NCBI RefSeq assembly: GCF_006345805.1
Contig: NC_042998.1
Coordinates: forward strand, 67,766,001 to 67,830,000
Reading direction: 5' to 3'
Source of the DNA: Octopus sinensis
Lineage: Eukaryota
DNA: 64,000 nt
In this document: positions 52,734 to 64,000 of the stretch, one piece after another
How the letters are laid out: each line of letters opens with the position of its first letter
How positions within the stretch are numbered: position 1 is the first letter of the stretch
The notes under the pieces: model-generated
The model's database searches: none
The model's input: the letters and a program-made list of their open reading frames with translations, nothing else
What the model was told of the DNA's origin: nothing
Position numbers and translations under genes: made by a program

Positions 52734-53150
52734 AAGTATGACTAATTGTGCTGAAGCACCTACATTGCTAGAAATAAGAGTCAAAATACTCTTAATGCTA
52801 TAAGAATAGCGTAATATATTCATATACTTACAGAGGAAGTAACCACGCTATGACCATCTCTAGGATCTCCAGACATGGCCTATTTTTGCCTACGCCGTAG
52901 ACATCGTCAGTGGTATCTCCTCGAACAGCCGATAGTGAAATTAGCCGATCATCGGCCGCTTGAGCAGTCATCACTGACGATGCCTACGGCATAGGCGCAA
53001 CTAAGCCTAGTCTGGTGATCCTAGAGACGGTCATGCGGCGGTTACTTCCCCTGTCAGTATATGTATAAATTGCGCTCTCCTTTCAGCATTAAGAATATTT
53101 TAACTCCCATTTCTAGCAATGTCGGTGTTTTGGCACCCTTATTCACACTT
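52734..53150. mobile_element. Long imperfect foldback MITE
   Basis: Left ~165 bp is reverse-complementary to the right ~165 bp (acattgctagaaat / atttctagcaatgt; gaagtaacc / ggttacttc; catcgtcagtg / cactgacgatg). Confidence 0.8.
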
Positions 53151-53328
53151 AGGGACAGTTAAATTTTTCATTTATGGTATCACATTACGCCAAACTGTTA
53201 ATATTAATGTGTGTGTGCTCGCGCGTTCGTAAGTGTGTGAGTGTGTGTGTGTATGTATGTATGTGTGCATGTTTGCATGCATGTATGTATGTATGTATGT
53301 ATGTATGTATGTATGTATGTATGTATGT

Positions 53329-53506
<178 letters not shown>

Positions 53507-54329
53507 CGTTGCTTTCGTATGGTTCCGTGCATTTCTTAGATTCCATTGTTGAGACAGAGTACGAAATGGGTTCTATGGTCATCGTTTCTGATTTAGGAAA
53601 AGATCTGCAGGTTTTAAGGTAATGGTTAGTCGATTACACCGACCTTAGTATTACATAGTTACACTACGTTATTGGTCCCGGTGGGGTAAATGTCATTCAT
53701 TGGATTAGTGTTTAGTGTGATTCTGATATAGTTAATGGGTAATCAATGGTAAACGGCAAATTTGTGCTGCGAGTTCAATTCATAAAATCGCGCGAAATTT
53801 AGTATTTCTTTTATTCTGTTAATTTAACCGGGAACATAATTATGTATTTATATAACGAATAAAACGACGTATAATCATTGCAAAATGTTTATATAGAAAA
53901 AAAAAGGATTCATAAGTTCAGATTTATTTAAGGTAATAAGAATAGATTAAGTTAGATTAAGGACAGAGGAAGTTAAAGATATGACTTTTTACAATATTCG
54001 CCAACATACTTACTTTTTGTTGCTTCAGCAGTTATGAATTTACAGGGATAAGTTGCATAACCTCAGGTAGAATGTGGTAGCGCTATTTTTTGTTGGGTTT
54101 GTTCATGTGTTTTATATAACACTGGCAAAGTTCCGGAACATTCTATAAAACGGTTGGCGGGAAGATTTTGTTCATGAATCGGCTTGATTAGCTTAGCCAC
54201 AATCTCATGAGTTCAAAATCAGTTATGGCAGCCGTGATCTGAAAGCCTGGAAATATGGATGCGATGGTTCAATACACCGGCCATCTCGTTAGAAGTGTTT
54301 AATGTAGCCACACCCCTCAATAAGATATC

Positions 54330-54790
54330 TTTCTTGTCTCTTTATATCTTCCCTTCGAGGTCACTCTCATATTCAGGCATGATTTTTTTCCCGTATTCAT
54401 AGTGTGCCTGGGGAACTATCCACGTAACTGCTTTTATTCTGGCTCTTCTGTCCTTTCACAAATTCTGCTGCTTTGATATGCTTTCTTTTCTACAAGTTCA
54501 ATAGCAATCAGTCCTTGCTCAATTGCAGCATGCTTAAGCAGTTCTTCATGCGTAAAGGGAATCTTTCAGTCTTAATGCACACAATCAAAAATTCTAATAC
54601 ATCCTCTCACTTCACCATACTTACCATGTATAAACGACTGACATTTACCTTCCAATGAAGCACTCCATACATAGTTAAGGTTTTTCTCCTCTTTCTGTCC
54701 AATACACATATTTCCTCTTTCTTCCACTTCACTATTCAAGCACTACAACGCACGGCCGCAATCACCCAAGTGTTGATCGCATTTATCTAA
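54330..54790 (-). mobile_element. R4/Dong-type non-LTR fragment (post-RT thumb region)
   Basis: NTWVIAAVRCSA*IVKWKKEEICVLDRKRRKTLTMYGVLHWKVNVSRLY matches INTWA..VLRYS.GI..W...E...LDRKTRK.LTM...LHPK.DV.RLY. Confidence 0.75.
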
Positions 54791-54905
54791 TTCCTTGAAT
54801 ACGATTTTCAATCATTTTAAATTTAGTGATTTCAATTTTTCTGCATTTTGTTATGCGTATTAGCATCGTTCAGCCATCTATCGTTCATACACATATCCAA
54901 TGTCA

Positions 54906-54950
<45 letters not shown>

Positions 54951-54960
54951 TTATTATATT

Positions 54961-55002
<42 letters not shown>

Positions 55003-55159
55003 GCTGTTTTTGTTTTTGTTTTTGTCAACATCATCATCATCATTAAATTCGATATTATGAAAATGATCACCATAGTTATATTTCATATTAGTACATATGC
55101 CATTGATATGTCTATATACATATATGCATTTATCAATATTTAGACATATACATGCAGTA

Positions 55160-55345
55160 TATATCATCATCATCATCGGCGTCGTTTAACGTCCGCTTTC
55201 CATGCTAGCATGGGTTGGACGAATGACTTAGGGCTGGCAAACCAGATGGCTGCACCAGGCTTCAATCTTGATCTGGCAGAGTTTCTACAGCTGGCTGCCC
55301 TTCCTAACGCCAACCACTCCGAGAGTGTAGTGGGTGCTTTTATAT
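55160..55345 (-). mobile_element. RTE-tail-related SINE/LINE 3' end
   Basis: (CAT)n tail, then gtttaacgtccgctttccatgctagcatgggttggacg...ctgcccttcctaacgccaaccactcc. Confidence 0.55.
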
Positions 55346-55370
55346 ATATTGTATATGTATATATGTATAC

Positions 55371-55428
<58 letters not shown>

Positions 55429-58327
55429 GTACGCATGTATGCATACATGTACGTAGATAGATACTTAGATACACACGTTTATGCAATAAGACACATACAT
55501 ACATATGTATGTGTGTTTCTGTAAGTATGCCTCTGTACGTGGCATACTTCCCTAAGCACGCACATTTATATTAGTATAAATATTTGTGTAACACAAAGTA
55601 ATTCATATAAATATCAAAATTTAATATATGCAGAAGTTATCACGCTATTCATATTTGTTGCTATGCTATGTAACTTTTTGCTATAGAGAATGAGTTACCA
55701 TTGTTAGTAACTCTAAGAAATTACTAAATGACTGAGAGAAACTGCACATGCGCGTATGTGTGTAAATTTGTGCGCTGCGTGTATGTGCATCCCTTCATTG
55801 ATAAGTATAATGACACATAAAGCTATATATATATAAATACATGTACACAAAACCATACACAAATATAAATGTATGTATGTATGTATGTATGCATGTATGT
55901 ATGTGTATGTATGCATGTATGCATGCTGGTATGTATTTATACATTGCTTTCAATCAATATTTCAATAGCGGAGTGCATTTCCAGTAGGGAATAGTAAACA
56001 CTTCACAGAGAGAAATATTCCTGCATTCTTCTTATCGGCAGATTGTTCTCCTATTATGCAACATTATTTTAAAATATGTTATTAAATAATATATGAATCA
56101 TTTCTATACTTCGATAAAGAATGAATATCAAAAGCTATCGATTGCAAGAGTCAGATTCTGCCTTTATGAAGGCAGAAAAAAAACACCTGGAGTTACCATA
56201 TTCTATTTTAAATAGCTTTCTCTATACCGGATGTAGTTGTGAATAGAATCCACCATGTTACTGAAGAATTTTTGAACCTCTATTGTTACATAAGCAATCG
56301 AATCAGTACGATTGAGTCAGTAGATCGTTGAACCATTGAAAGTTTGATGTTTCGTATCATAATCTTGTTGCTGAATTTATTCATATACAAAAGAAAAAGA
56401 AATCTCGTGTTGGTCAGCGTAACCTGGTTGTAAATATTAATTAAACCAAAATGAGTGAAGGGAAATAACTCTGAGTGGCCATTCGCTTATATATGAGCAA
56501 GCATAGCATGTACAAGTATAGGTACAAACACCATAAGTCGACATGCAACTCAAGTAAACGAACACCTGCTGGATATAGCTTAAGGCAATTGTCCTGCGGA
56601 TGACCCCAACTGAGGCAGAAACACGTATCCTTGATTTTCCTTTATTTCTAGACAGTAGGTCCCCTCCTTTTCCTTAACAGCATATCAACTTCGGAAAATT
56701 CTTTATTCTTGAAATTATCTTCCCTTTTGTGATGGAGCTGTTCTCAACTGCCATTTGGTAATTGTGACACATCCTCTTGGGGTCGAGGTAATTTTAACAA
56801 ATTATGACTTTTAATAAATTAAGACAGGTAGCCTTGACATACCTGTTTTTGTCTATGTTTTAAATATCAACTCTTAGTCTGGATGCAATTCTCTGTTATA
56901 CACATTAGCTACAATCTACATCAAACGAATATTCTGTTGCCTTTATGATTTAAAAGCCCGCTCTTTCTTCTATGTAAATAATACTATAGAAATAAATAAA
57001 CATTAATCTGAACTTCTATTTCCATCTAACCGAAGTCTAACGTCTTACATTATTTGTGGATGGGACTCGAACACTATAATGCAATTATGTCACTCATGTA
57101 ACGTAACTGTATTATCAGATGATATTTATTTGTCTTCTGCAGAGAAGACAATTTGCTATAACAGAGAATTAAGGCCACACCAAAGCATTTGCATGTTACT
57201 ATCTAAATTTTATCTACAATATAAAATAATCTCTTTACTTTAGAAAACTTTATGAAATGCGAAACAATCAGTCATGCTTTGTGTTTCTTGGCAATACAAC
57301 CTCTTGGATCCTTATAATTGACAACGAATCTTTTCCTGTATGTAGTTTATTCTGGAGCGGAATTGAGAAGAATGAAATTAAGACAATATGTTTAAACTAT
57401 CCTTTCTACAATAAGCACAAGCCAGGAAATTCTGTGGGCGTGTATAATCGATTACATCGAGCCCAATGCTCAGCTGGTACTTGTTTCATCCTTTCGGGTT
57501 CGATGAAATAAATACCAGTTGAGCACTGAGGACGATGTAATCGACTAGAAGTTACTGCTATTGCTACTGCTATTTACAATGATTAATTACACCATCTATA
57601 ATCTACTATGAGGCTTACCTGCATTTAGTGGAGTTATTGACACTTAGATGTGAGTCGTACTAGTGATAGCATGGTTGGTTGAATTAGAATTCTCAGTTTC
57701 TAACTTTTATTTTCTGCAGTTCTATATTTGAGAGATGAGGAATTATGTACGTTATTTACATTATTTACATTTGACGGATAATTGTCCTCGTCTTGTTTGT
57801 TGTTAACCACTACGACATATGCCACTATTTACAGATACTATATGTACAAAATATTGAAATATTCTTAGATATAAGGCAAAAGGTATAGTGTGAAAAGCTT
57901 TGCAACAGTGGTATCTGCTGGCATTCGAAACTAAATCACCATATGGCGGTGCCCCAGCATGGCCACGGCTCGTGAGCTAAAACTAGATGAAATGAAATGA
58001 AAACATATCGGAACGTTCGTACTCTGATATAATTCTACAAAACCCACCACCCAGTTTTAAGTACAAATTCCGCCGAGATAAAATATGTTTCATCCTTTTT
58101 CAAACTAGATAAAATAAGAATCAATTGAAGATTGGGGTCTCCGTAATCGCTTTACCCACGAAATACTCTTACCCAGTCCCATCAAAACTGCTTACTTAAT
58201 GACTAATTCTGAAATAATATTATTAGTATGATTAGTAACATTCGTGTTGCTCTGTTTGCATTATTACCAGTAATGCTATGATTACGATAGATTTATATCC
58301 CAACCAAAGCAACTGTAGCTCACTTAC

Positions 58328-58465
58328 AGTTTTCTTTTCCATTCCTACACACCACATACATTTCCTATTATTCCATGACCTACGACACGTAAAAATATCT
58401 GGATCGATAAACTCAATAGGTTGTGTATAACAGCAGCATTTGTATGACAACCAGCTCTTTCTCAG
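58328..58465 (-). other. Candidate spliced exon (138 nt, open phase-0 frame LRKSWLSYKCCCYTQPIEFIDPDIFTCRRSWNNRKCMWCVGMEKKT)
   Basis: Acceptor CTGTTTTTCTTTACATTGTACAG and donor ACT|GTAAGTGAG in unique sequence; no recognisable homology. Confidence 0.3.
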
Positions 58466-58799
58466 CTGTACAATGTAAAGAAAAACAGAACCAGCAACAG
58501 CAGCACATAACAGATATTGCATATATTATCCATATGAAAAACATTTCCCTCGGGTTATCCGCGACGTCTTTCTCATTTTCTATCCTATTCAGTATCTTTC
58601 CTTACCTACGGACATCATTTCAAACTACCGTCTCTTTTTCTTCAATTCCATGATACTTCTTTCCCACGTCTTATTTTCTAAGTTTATGTTTTGTTCAAAA
58701 ATATCTGCTCAGCACTTTTTGTCTCACTTATACATACAGTTTTTCTTTCTTCTTCTTTCCCCACCTCTTTCCCCCCCTCTCTCTCTCTATCTATCTATA

Positions 58800-58842
<43 letters not shown>

Positions 58843-58938
58843 TTATCTGTCTATCTTCCAGTGAGATTCTTTCATCTTTTTTCACATACTTAAAATTTAT
58901 CTTACATTCTTTCCCTTGTGTTTCCCCATCATATACGC

Positions 58939-58974
<36 letters not shown>

Positions 58975-59164
58975 ATGTGTGTATACACACACACACACAC
59001 ACACACATATACATATATATGCACATACATGCATATGTGTATACACACATGTGTGTATGTGTCATGTAGATATATGTGTGTGTAACTATGTATGTATATG
59101 TGTATGTAAGTATGCATGTCCTAGTTTTACGTATATACTATTTAATGTGCTAATATATCAACTC

Positions 59165-59590
59165 TGTTTAAGGCAGCCAGCTGGCTGAATAGTTTTCACG
59201 GCAAAAGCTTAGCAGCATTTCGTCTGCCTTTATAGACTGAGTTCAAACTTCGTCGACGTCGACAACGCTTCTGATGCTTTCAGGGTCGATAAATACAGTA
59301 TCAGTCTAGCACCGGGTTCGATGCGATCGACTTATCCATTTCCCTGAACTTCCTGGCTTTGTGCCAAAATATGAAAGCAATGTGTAAATACTATACAAGG
59401 CAGAGAGCTGGCAGAATCGTTATCACGCTGGATAAGAATGGTTAACAGCATTTCTTCCGATTATTCGTTCTAAGTTCAAATGCCACCGGAGTCGACATTG
59501 CTGTTCAAACACTCGCGATTGATAAATTAAAGTACCAGCTGAACGCTGGGTGTAATAAAATCGACTTACCCAATTCCCCGAAATCGCTGC
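59165..59590 (+). mobile_element. Two tandem SINE family B copies
   Basis: aaggcagccagctggctgaatag... (59165-59385) and aggcagagagctggcagaatcgtt... (59395-59590). Confidence 0.7.
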
Positions 59591-59761
59591 CAATATATTA
59601 ATTATATATATACAAACATTTATGCAGGTATGTATAAGAGTGTATGTACGGGTACATACTCTCTTTTTACTCGTTTTACTGTTTTACTTCTTTCAGTCAT
59701 TTTGACTGCGGCCATGCTCGAGCACCGGTTGTCAAGCGATGGTGGGGGTGACAAACACACA

Positions 59762-59799
<38 letters not shown>

Positions 59800-59812
59800 A
59801 CACACACACACA

Positions 59813-59857
<45 letters not shown>

Positions 59858-59984
59858 GTATATATATAGGCACAATGAGGATTTTCAAATCTCTTATACG
59901 GATATTTATCCAAGATACATCGGTTTGATATGTTAAATTTTGAAGAGAAAATCCTTCAATCAATATTTTATATAGAATATAGTA

Positions 59985-60500
59985 AGCTATCAGACATCTT
60001 TGTAGCTTTCACCATTAGAGATAGGGGATATAGACATGGCATTGATGTACATGTTGTCTGCCTGGTCGACAATCGTTCCTCAGTTGACTATCAAGTACGA
60101 GCATTGATTTTCCCCCAAATCAATTCTTATATCTCGTGAGAATGCTGTGACTAGTTCTAATTGTCTCTTGATGTTGATCATATTACCTGAATATAACATT
60201 GGGTCATCAACAAAAATATGTAGGGGATATTAACTCTATTCTTTTCTGCATATCTCAGCAAGCAGCCTGGGCATTTTGTTAACAAGGCTGACAAGGGATT
60301 CACTGCCAGTACAAACAACTTTACAGATAAACTATCACCCTGAAATATGTCTGTTGATAGCTTAATTGTTTTTACAACGATGGATGTTGCTTTAGTAGTT
60401 GTCAGCGATTACTATGTGGACCATGTTGCAATCAGTCTTTCAATGGTATTCACTACAGCAGCTGGTACTTTGGCAGTATTTACTGTTTCTATCACCCATG
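59985..60500 (-). mobile_element. R4/Dong-type (RLE clade) reverse transcriptase core fragment
   Basis: WVIETVNTAKVP...KTIKLSTDIFQGDSLSVKLFVLAVNPLSALL...FVDDPMLYSGNMINIKRQLELVTAFSRDI...GENQCSYL (QGDSLS and FVDD motifs). Confidence 0.8.
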
Positions 60501-61274
60501 AATGTATGGATGTATGTATGTATGTATGGATGGATGGATGGATTTATGCATGCATACATATATGTATAGATGTATGTTTGAAAGTATTTATGTATGTATG
60601 CACGTATGTAAGTGTTTGCGTATATACAAATGTCTGTAAGCATGCATGTATGCATGTATGTGTGTATATCATTATTTAGCTTATTTCAGGATTTCTTGCC
60701 CATAGAGAAAACACTGGTTTCTAACATACATTAAAAGTTACTTCATTGGAATTTCAACATCAACAACAGTGTGTTTTTGTTTGTATGTATGTATGTATGT
60801 ATGTATGTATGTATGTATGTATGATGTATGTATGTATGTATGTTTGTATGTATGTATGTATGTATGTATGTATGTATGTATGTATGTATACATGTATGTA
60901 TGTATGTATGTATGTGCAGATTTGTTTGTTTCATGCATGTACTCTTATGCATATTTAAACATGTTCATATATATTTAAATGATAAACTTTTGGTAAGTTT
61001 TACAGAATTTTACAGTTCCAGTGATGTATGTATGTATGTATGTACGCATGCATACACTATGCATGTATGTGTGTATTCACAAACATGCATTTACATATGT
61101 ATGTATCTGTGTATTCACAAACATGCATTTACATATGTATGTATTTAGTTATATGTATATATGTGTGTGTATACATACACATATATATACATATATATAT
61201 ATGCATACATACATACATATGTATGCAGGTGTATGTATGTGTCTATGTATGTATATATATACATGCATACATAC

Positions 61275-61324
<50 letters not shown>

Positions 61325-61964
61325 TGGTGTATGTGTGTGTGCCCACGCGTTTTTTTTAATTATATTTTAATGAAAAGCTTTCCTTTTCAAATAATACATT
61401 CGATAGAGAATAGGAAGAAAAAAAACATTACCTCCAGCTGTCATGTGATATCTGAAAATGATAGAACTCAATTTGGATTCGGAAATTACCGCCAAGCTGT
61501 CGCTCTTTCGTTCGTTCTTAAAAACGGGAAAAAAAGATGTTTCAATGATGAATTATCAAAATATTATTTTATGATACATCGCTTAGCGATATAAGAAATC
61601 TCTCACGGCGGACTGACGACATTCACTCACGTTGAAATCATTTTCATTGAGGTTTTAAAAGACGTCAATTAGAACGTCGGATTACTTCTGATGCTAATTT
61701 AGATACACGAAAATATTAGTAAAAATTTATAAAATAATTCATAATATAATGCTAATCACGTGACATCATATTTGTTGTGAGCTTCTATTCGTCTTTAAAC
61801 TCCTATTATGACAACTGCTACAACAATCACTACTACTAATACTATCACTAGTACTGGTCCTGTTGTTGCAAGTACTACTATTATTACTACTACTACTACT
61901 ACTACTACTACTATTTATACCGATGAAGATGCTAACAAATATTATAATAGTACTTTCTCTCTAC

Positions 61965-62120
61965 TATTGTCACAAGGCCAGCAATTTATCGGCCTTTTGG
62001 TCACCTGGTACTTATTGTATCGAACCAGGAAGGAGGAAAGGTAAAGTCTAACTCGGCGAAATTTGCTATGTAAAAAGCCCGAAATAAATGCGGCTCAGCA
62101 TTTTGTCAGTCGCGTTAACG
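61965..62120 (-). mobile_element. Degenerate SINE family B
   Basis: cacaaggccagcaattt...ctggtacttattgtatcgaacc...gaaaggtaaagtctaactcggcgaaatttg. Confidence 0.6.
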
Positions 62121-62493
62121 TTTCTCCGTGCAAGTCGCATTATTCTTTCAGATTTTTGTTGAAAACCATAAAGTGTGTATGTATAAAGACACTCCCAAAC
62201 TAGGAACGGCATGTTAAAGCTAACGCATATTTACCTGCGTATCTATCTCTCTCTATCTTTCTCTCTCTCTCTCTCTCTCACTCTCTCTCTCTCTCTCTCT
62301 CTCTTCCCCTCTCTCTTTCTCTTTCTCCGTCTTTCTGTTTCTGATGTACTTCGAACGGGCCACTAACTTAATCTCTTAAGATGTGATTTATTTCCAATAT
62401 GACCTGATAAATATGGATTTAATATCAGATTATATATATATATATATATAAAATATGTATGTTTATAGATAGATAGATACATACATACATGTA

Positions 62494-62524
<31 letters not shown>

Positions 62525-62594
62525 CAATGTGTGTTTGTGCGCTCATGTGTATGTGTGTGTATGTATGTGATTGTGTACGTGCGTGTGTTTATGT

Positions 62595-62850
62595 AAAGGC
62601 ATGCTGCCTAGTGGTTAGTGTGATTCACTCACGATCTCTAGATTGTGGTTTCGAATCCCAGATCAAGCGGCGCGTTGTGTTGCTCCGGTCCACTCATCTG
62701 TAATGTGATAACCATGTGACGAAATAGCTTTTCGAACAGCAGTGAATGTTGGCCTGCTCGCCTAACATGCAGAAAGGGATTTTCGAAGTGAATTACGGCG
62801 AGCGATGTATAACAACTTGTGATAGTTTGGTAGATCCCGTGATACAGTGA
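62595..62850 (+). mobile_element. Degenerate tRNA-derived SINE (C/D-like)
   Basis: ggcatgctgcctagtggttagtgtgattcactcacgatc...ggtttcgaatcccaga; ttggcctgctcgcctaac. Confidence 0.55.
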
Positions 62851-62851
62851 T

Positions 62852-62905
<54 letters not shown>

Positions 62906-63376
62906 ATATAATAAAATTGCAACAGAGGAGAAAAAACATTCGGACAGATAAACAAAACAAAGCCAGACAAGAGAAACAACAATTAGAAGGACATGCAAAA
63001 GAAGACGCGTCATTCGTAGCCCTCTTTCGTCGGTGAAGTAACAGAAGTCACGACCGTTTCGGGCAGTTACACTTGCGACGGTTCGATCAGGTTGCCCGCA
63101 AAAAGTTTAAGCTAAGAGCATTAGACCCGTTTGGAAGAAAACTAGCGAATGTGTACGGTAACAAAGACAAAAAACGGAGAATATGGTACACAAAAAGGCA
63201 AAAAACGGAAAACATGGTACACAGTTACGAATACAAACAAGAAAATAACAACAGGTGTCTTTCGACTGAGAACGAATCCAATTGAGCTGGCGTGCATGAA
63301 GTGAAAGCCTAAAGGCGGGAACATAGGAGACGGACATAAGAAGTGTTATAATATATATATATATATATTTATAGGC

Positions 63377-63408
<32 letters not shown>

Positions 63409-63416
63409 TTATAGGC

Positions 63417-63479
<63 letters not shown>

Positions 63480-63590
63480 CACACGCCTATACATACATAT
63501 ATACGAGAGAGGAAGATAATTGGTATTTTATATTGTGATATATAAGTATTTTACCTAAAAGGTTTATGTGTGTGGTGTGTGTGTGTGTGT

Positions 63591-63644
<54 letters not shown>

Positions 63645-64000
63645 TGTGTTCATTCTTTCACAGTGAAATCAATGAAACTGTTGAAACTTCTCTCTTTGAC
63701 GGTGCGTTAATAAATCGAAAGAATGAAGCGAATAAATAAGGATAAATGTATAAACGGTAGAAAGATGATTTCATATGAAAATCCATCGAGTGATTTATGG
63801 ATTCTTTGTGTGGAAGGCGCAGTTCATTTTGCAACCATGTGATTCTGGCACCTGGGGGTAAATGCCTTCCAACATTGCATCGGGCCGATCAATGCCTTGT
63901 GACTGTTTATTTCCCCACAATTTAGCGGTTCGACAAAAGAAATGATAAAATAATTACCTGACTAGAAATAAATTAAGTACTTGATTTGATTTTGTCGCCT

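Noticed and set aside
54617-54628. ATACTTACC (U1 snRNA 5' end, or a strong minus-strand donor)
   Set aside because: No further U1 sequence follows; it lies inside the decayed R4/Dong coding fragment.
63010-63105. Hammerhead-like fragments (CTGATCGA...CCCGAAACGGTC; CCGACGA...) on the minus strand
   Set aside because: Core and stems could not be assembled into one consistent fold; too degenerate to call.

Overview
AT-rich eukaryotic (animal) genomic DNA, intronic or intergenic, packed with (TA)n/(CA)n/(TAGA)n/(TATG)n/(GAA)n microsatellites. The repeat families and composition best fit an octopus or other coleoid cephalopod genome (my recognition, not a database result). I found no protein-coding gene I can support; nearly all listed ORFs are microsatellite read-throughs or decayed transposon fragments, and only a few weak minus-strand exon candidates remain. 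Recognisable content: at least four tRNA-derived SINE families; decayed non-LTR fragments (CR1/L2-type, RTE with a 5' inversion, R4/Dong-type RLE-clade, a possible L1/Tx1-type insertion with a 15-bp TSD inside a SINE head); hAT and Tc1/pogo-type MITEs; a decayed mariner transposase; and a near full-length but disrupted Penelope-like element (RT + GIY-YIG) with inverted ~430-bp pseudo-LTRs. The most interesting layer is RNA-structural. Minimal type-I hammerhead-ribozyme (HHR)-like motifs occur in the Penelope pseudo-LTRs, in a near-perfect 614-bp non-coding foldback element (38522-39135), in a 540-bp tandem array with a terminal inversion (27712-29220), and in several other short repeat families. 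Most are embedded in (TA)n tracts. All calls were made by eye and none were computed.
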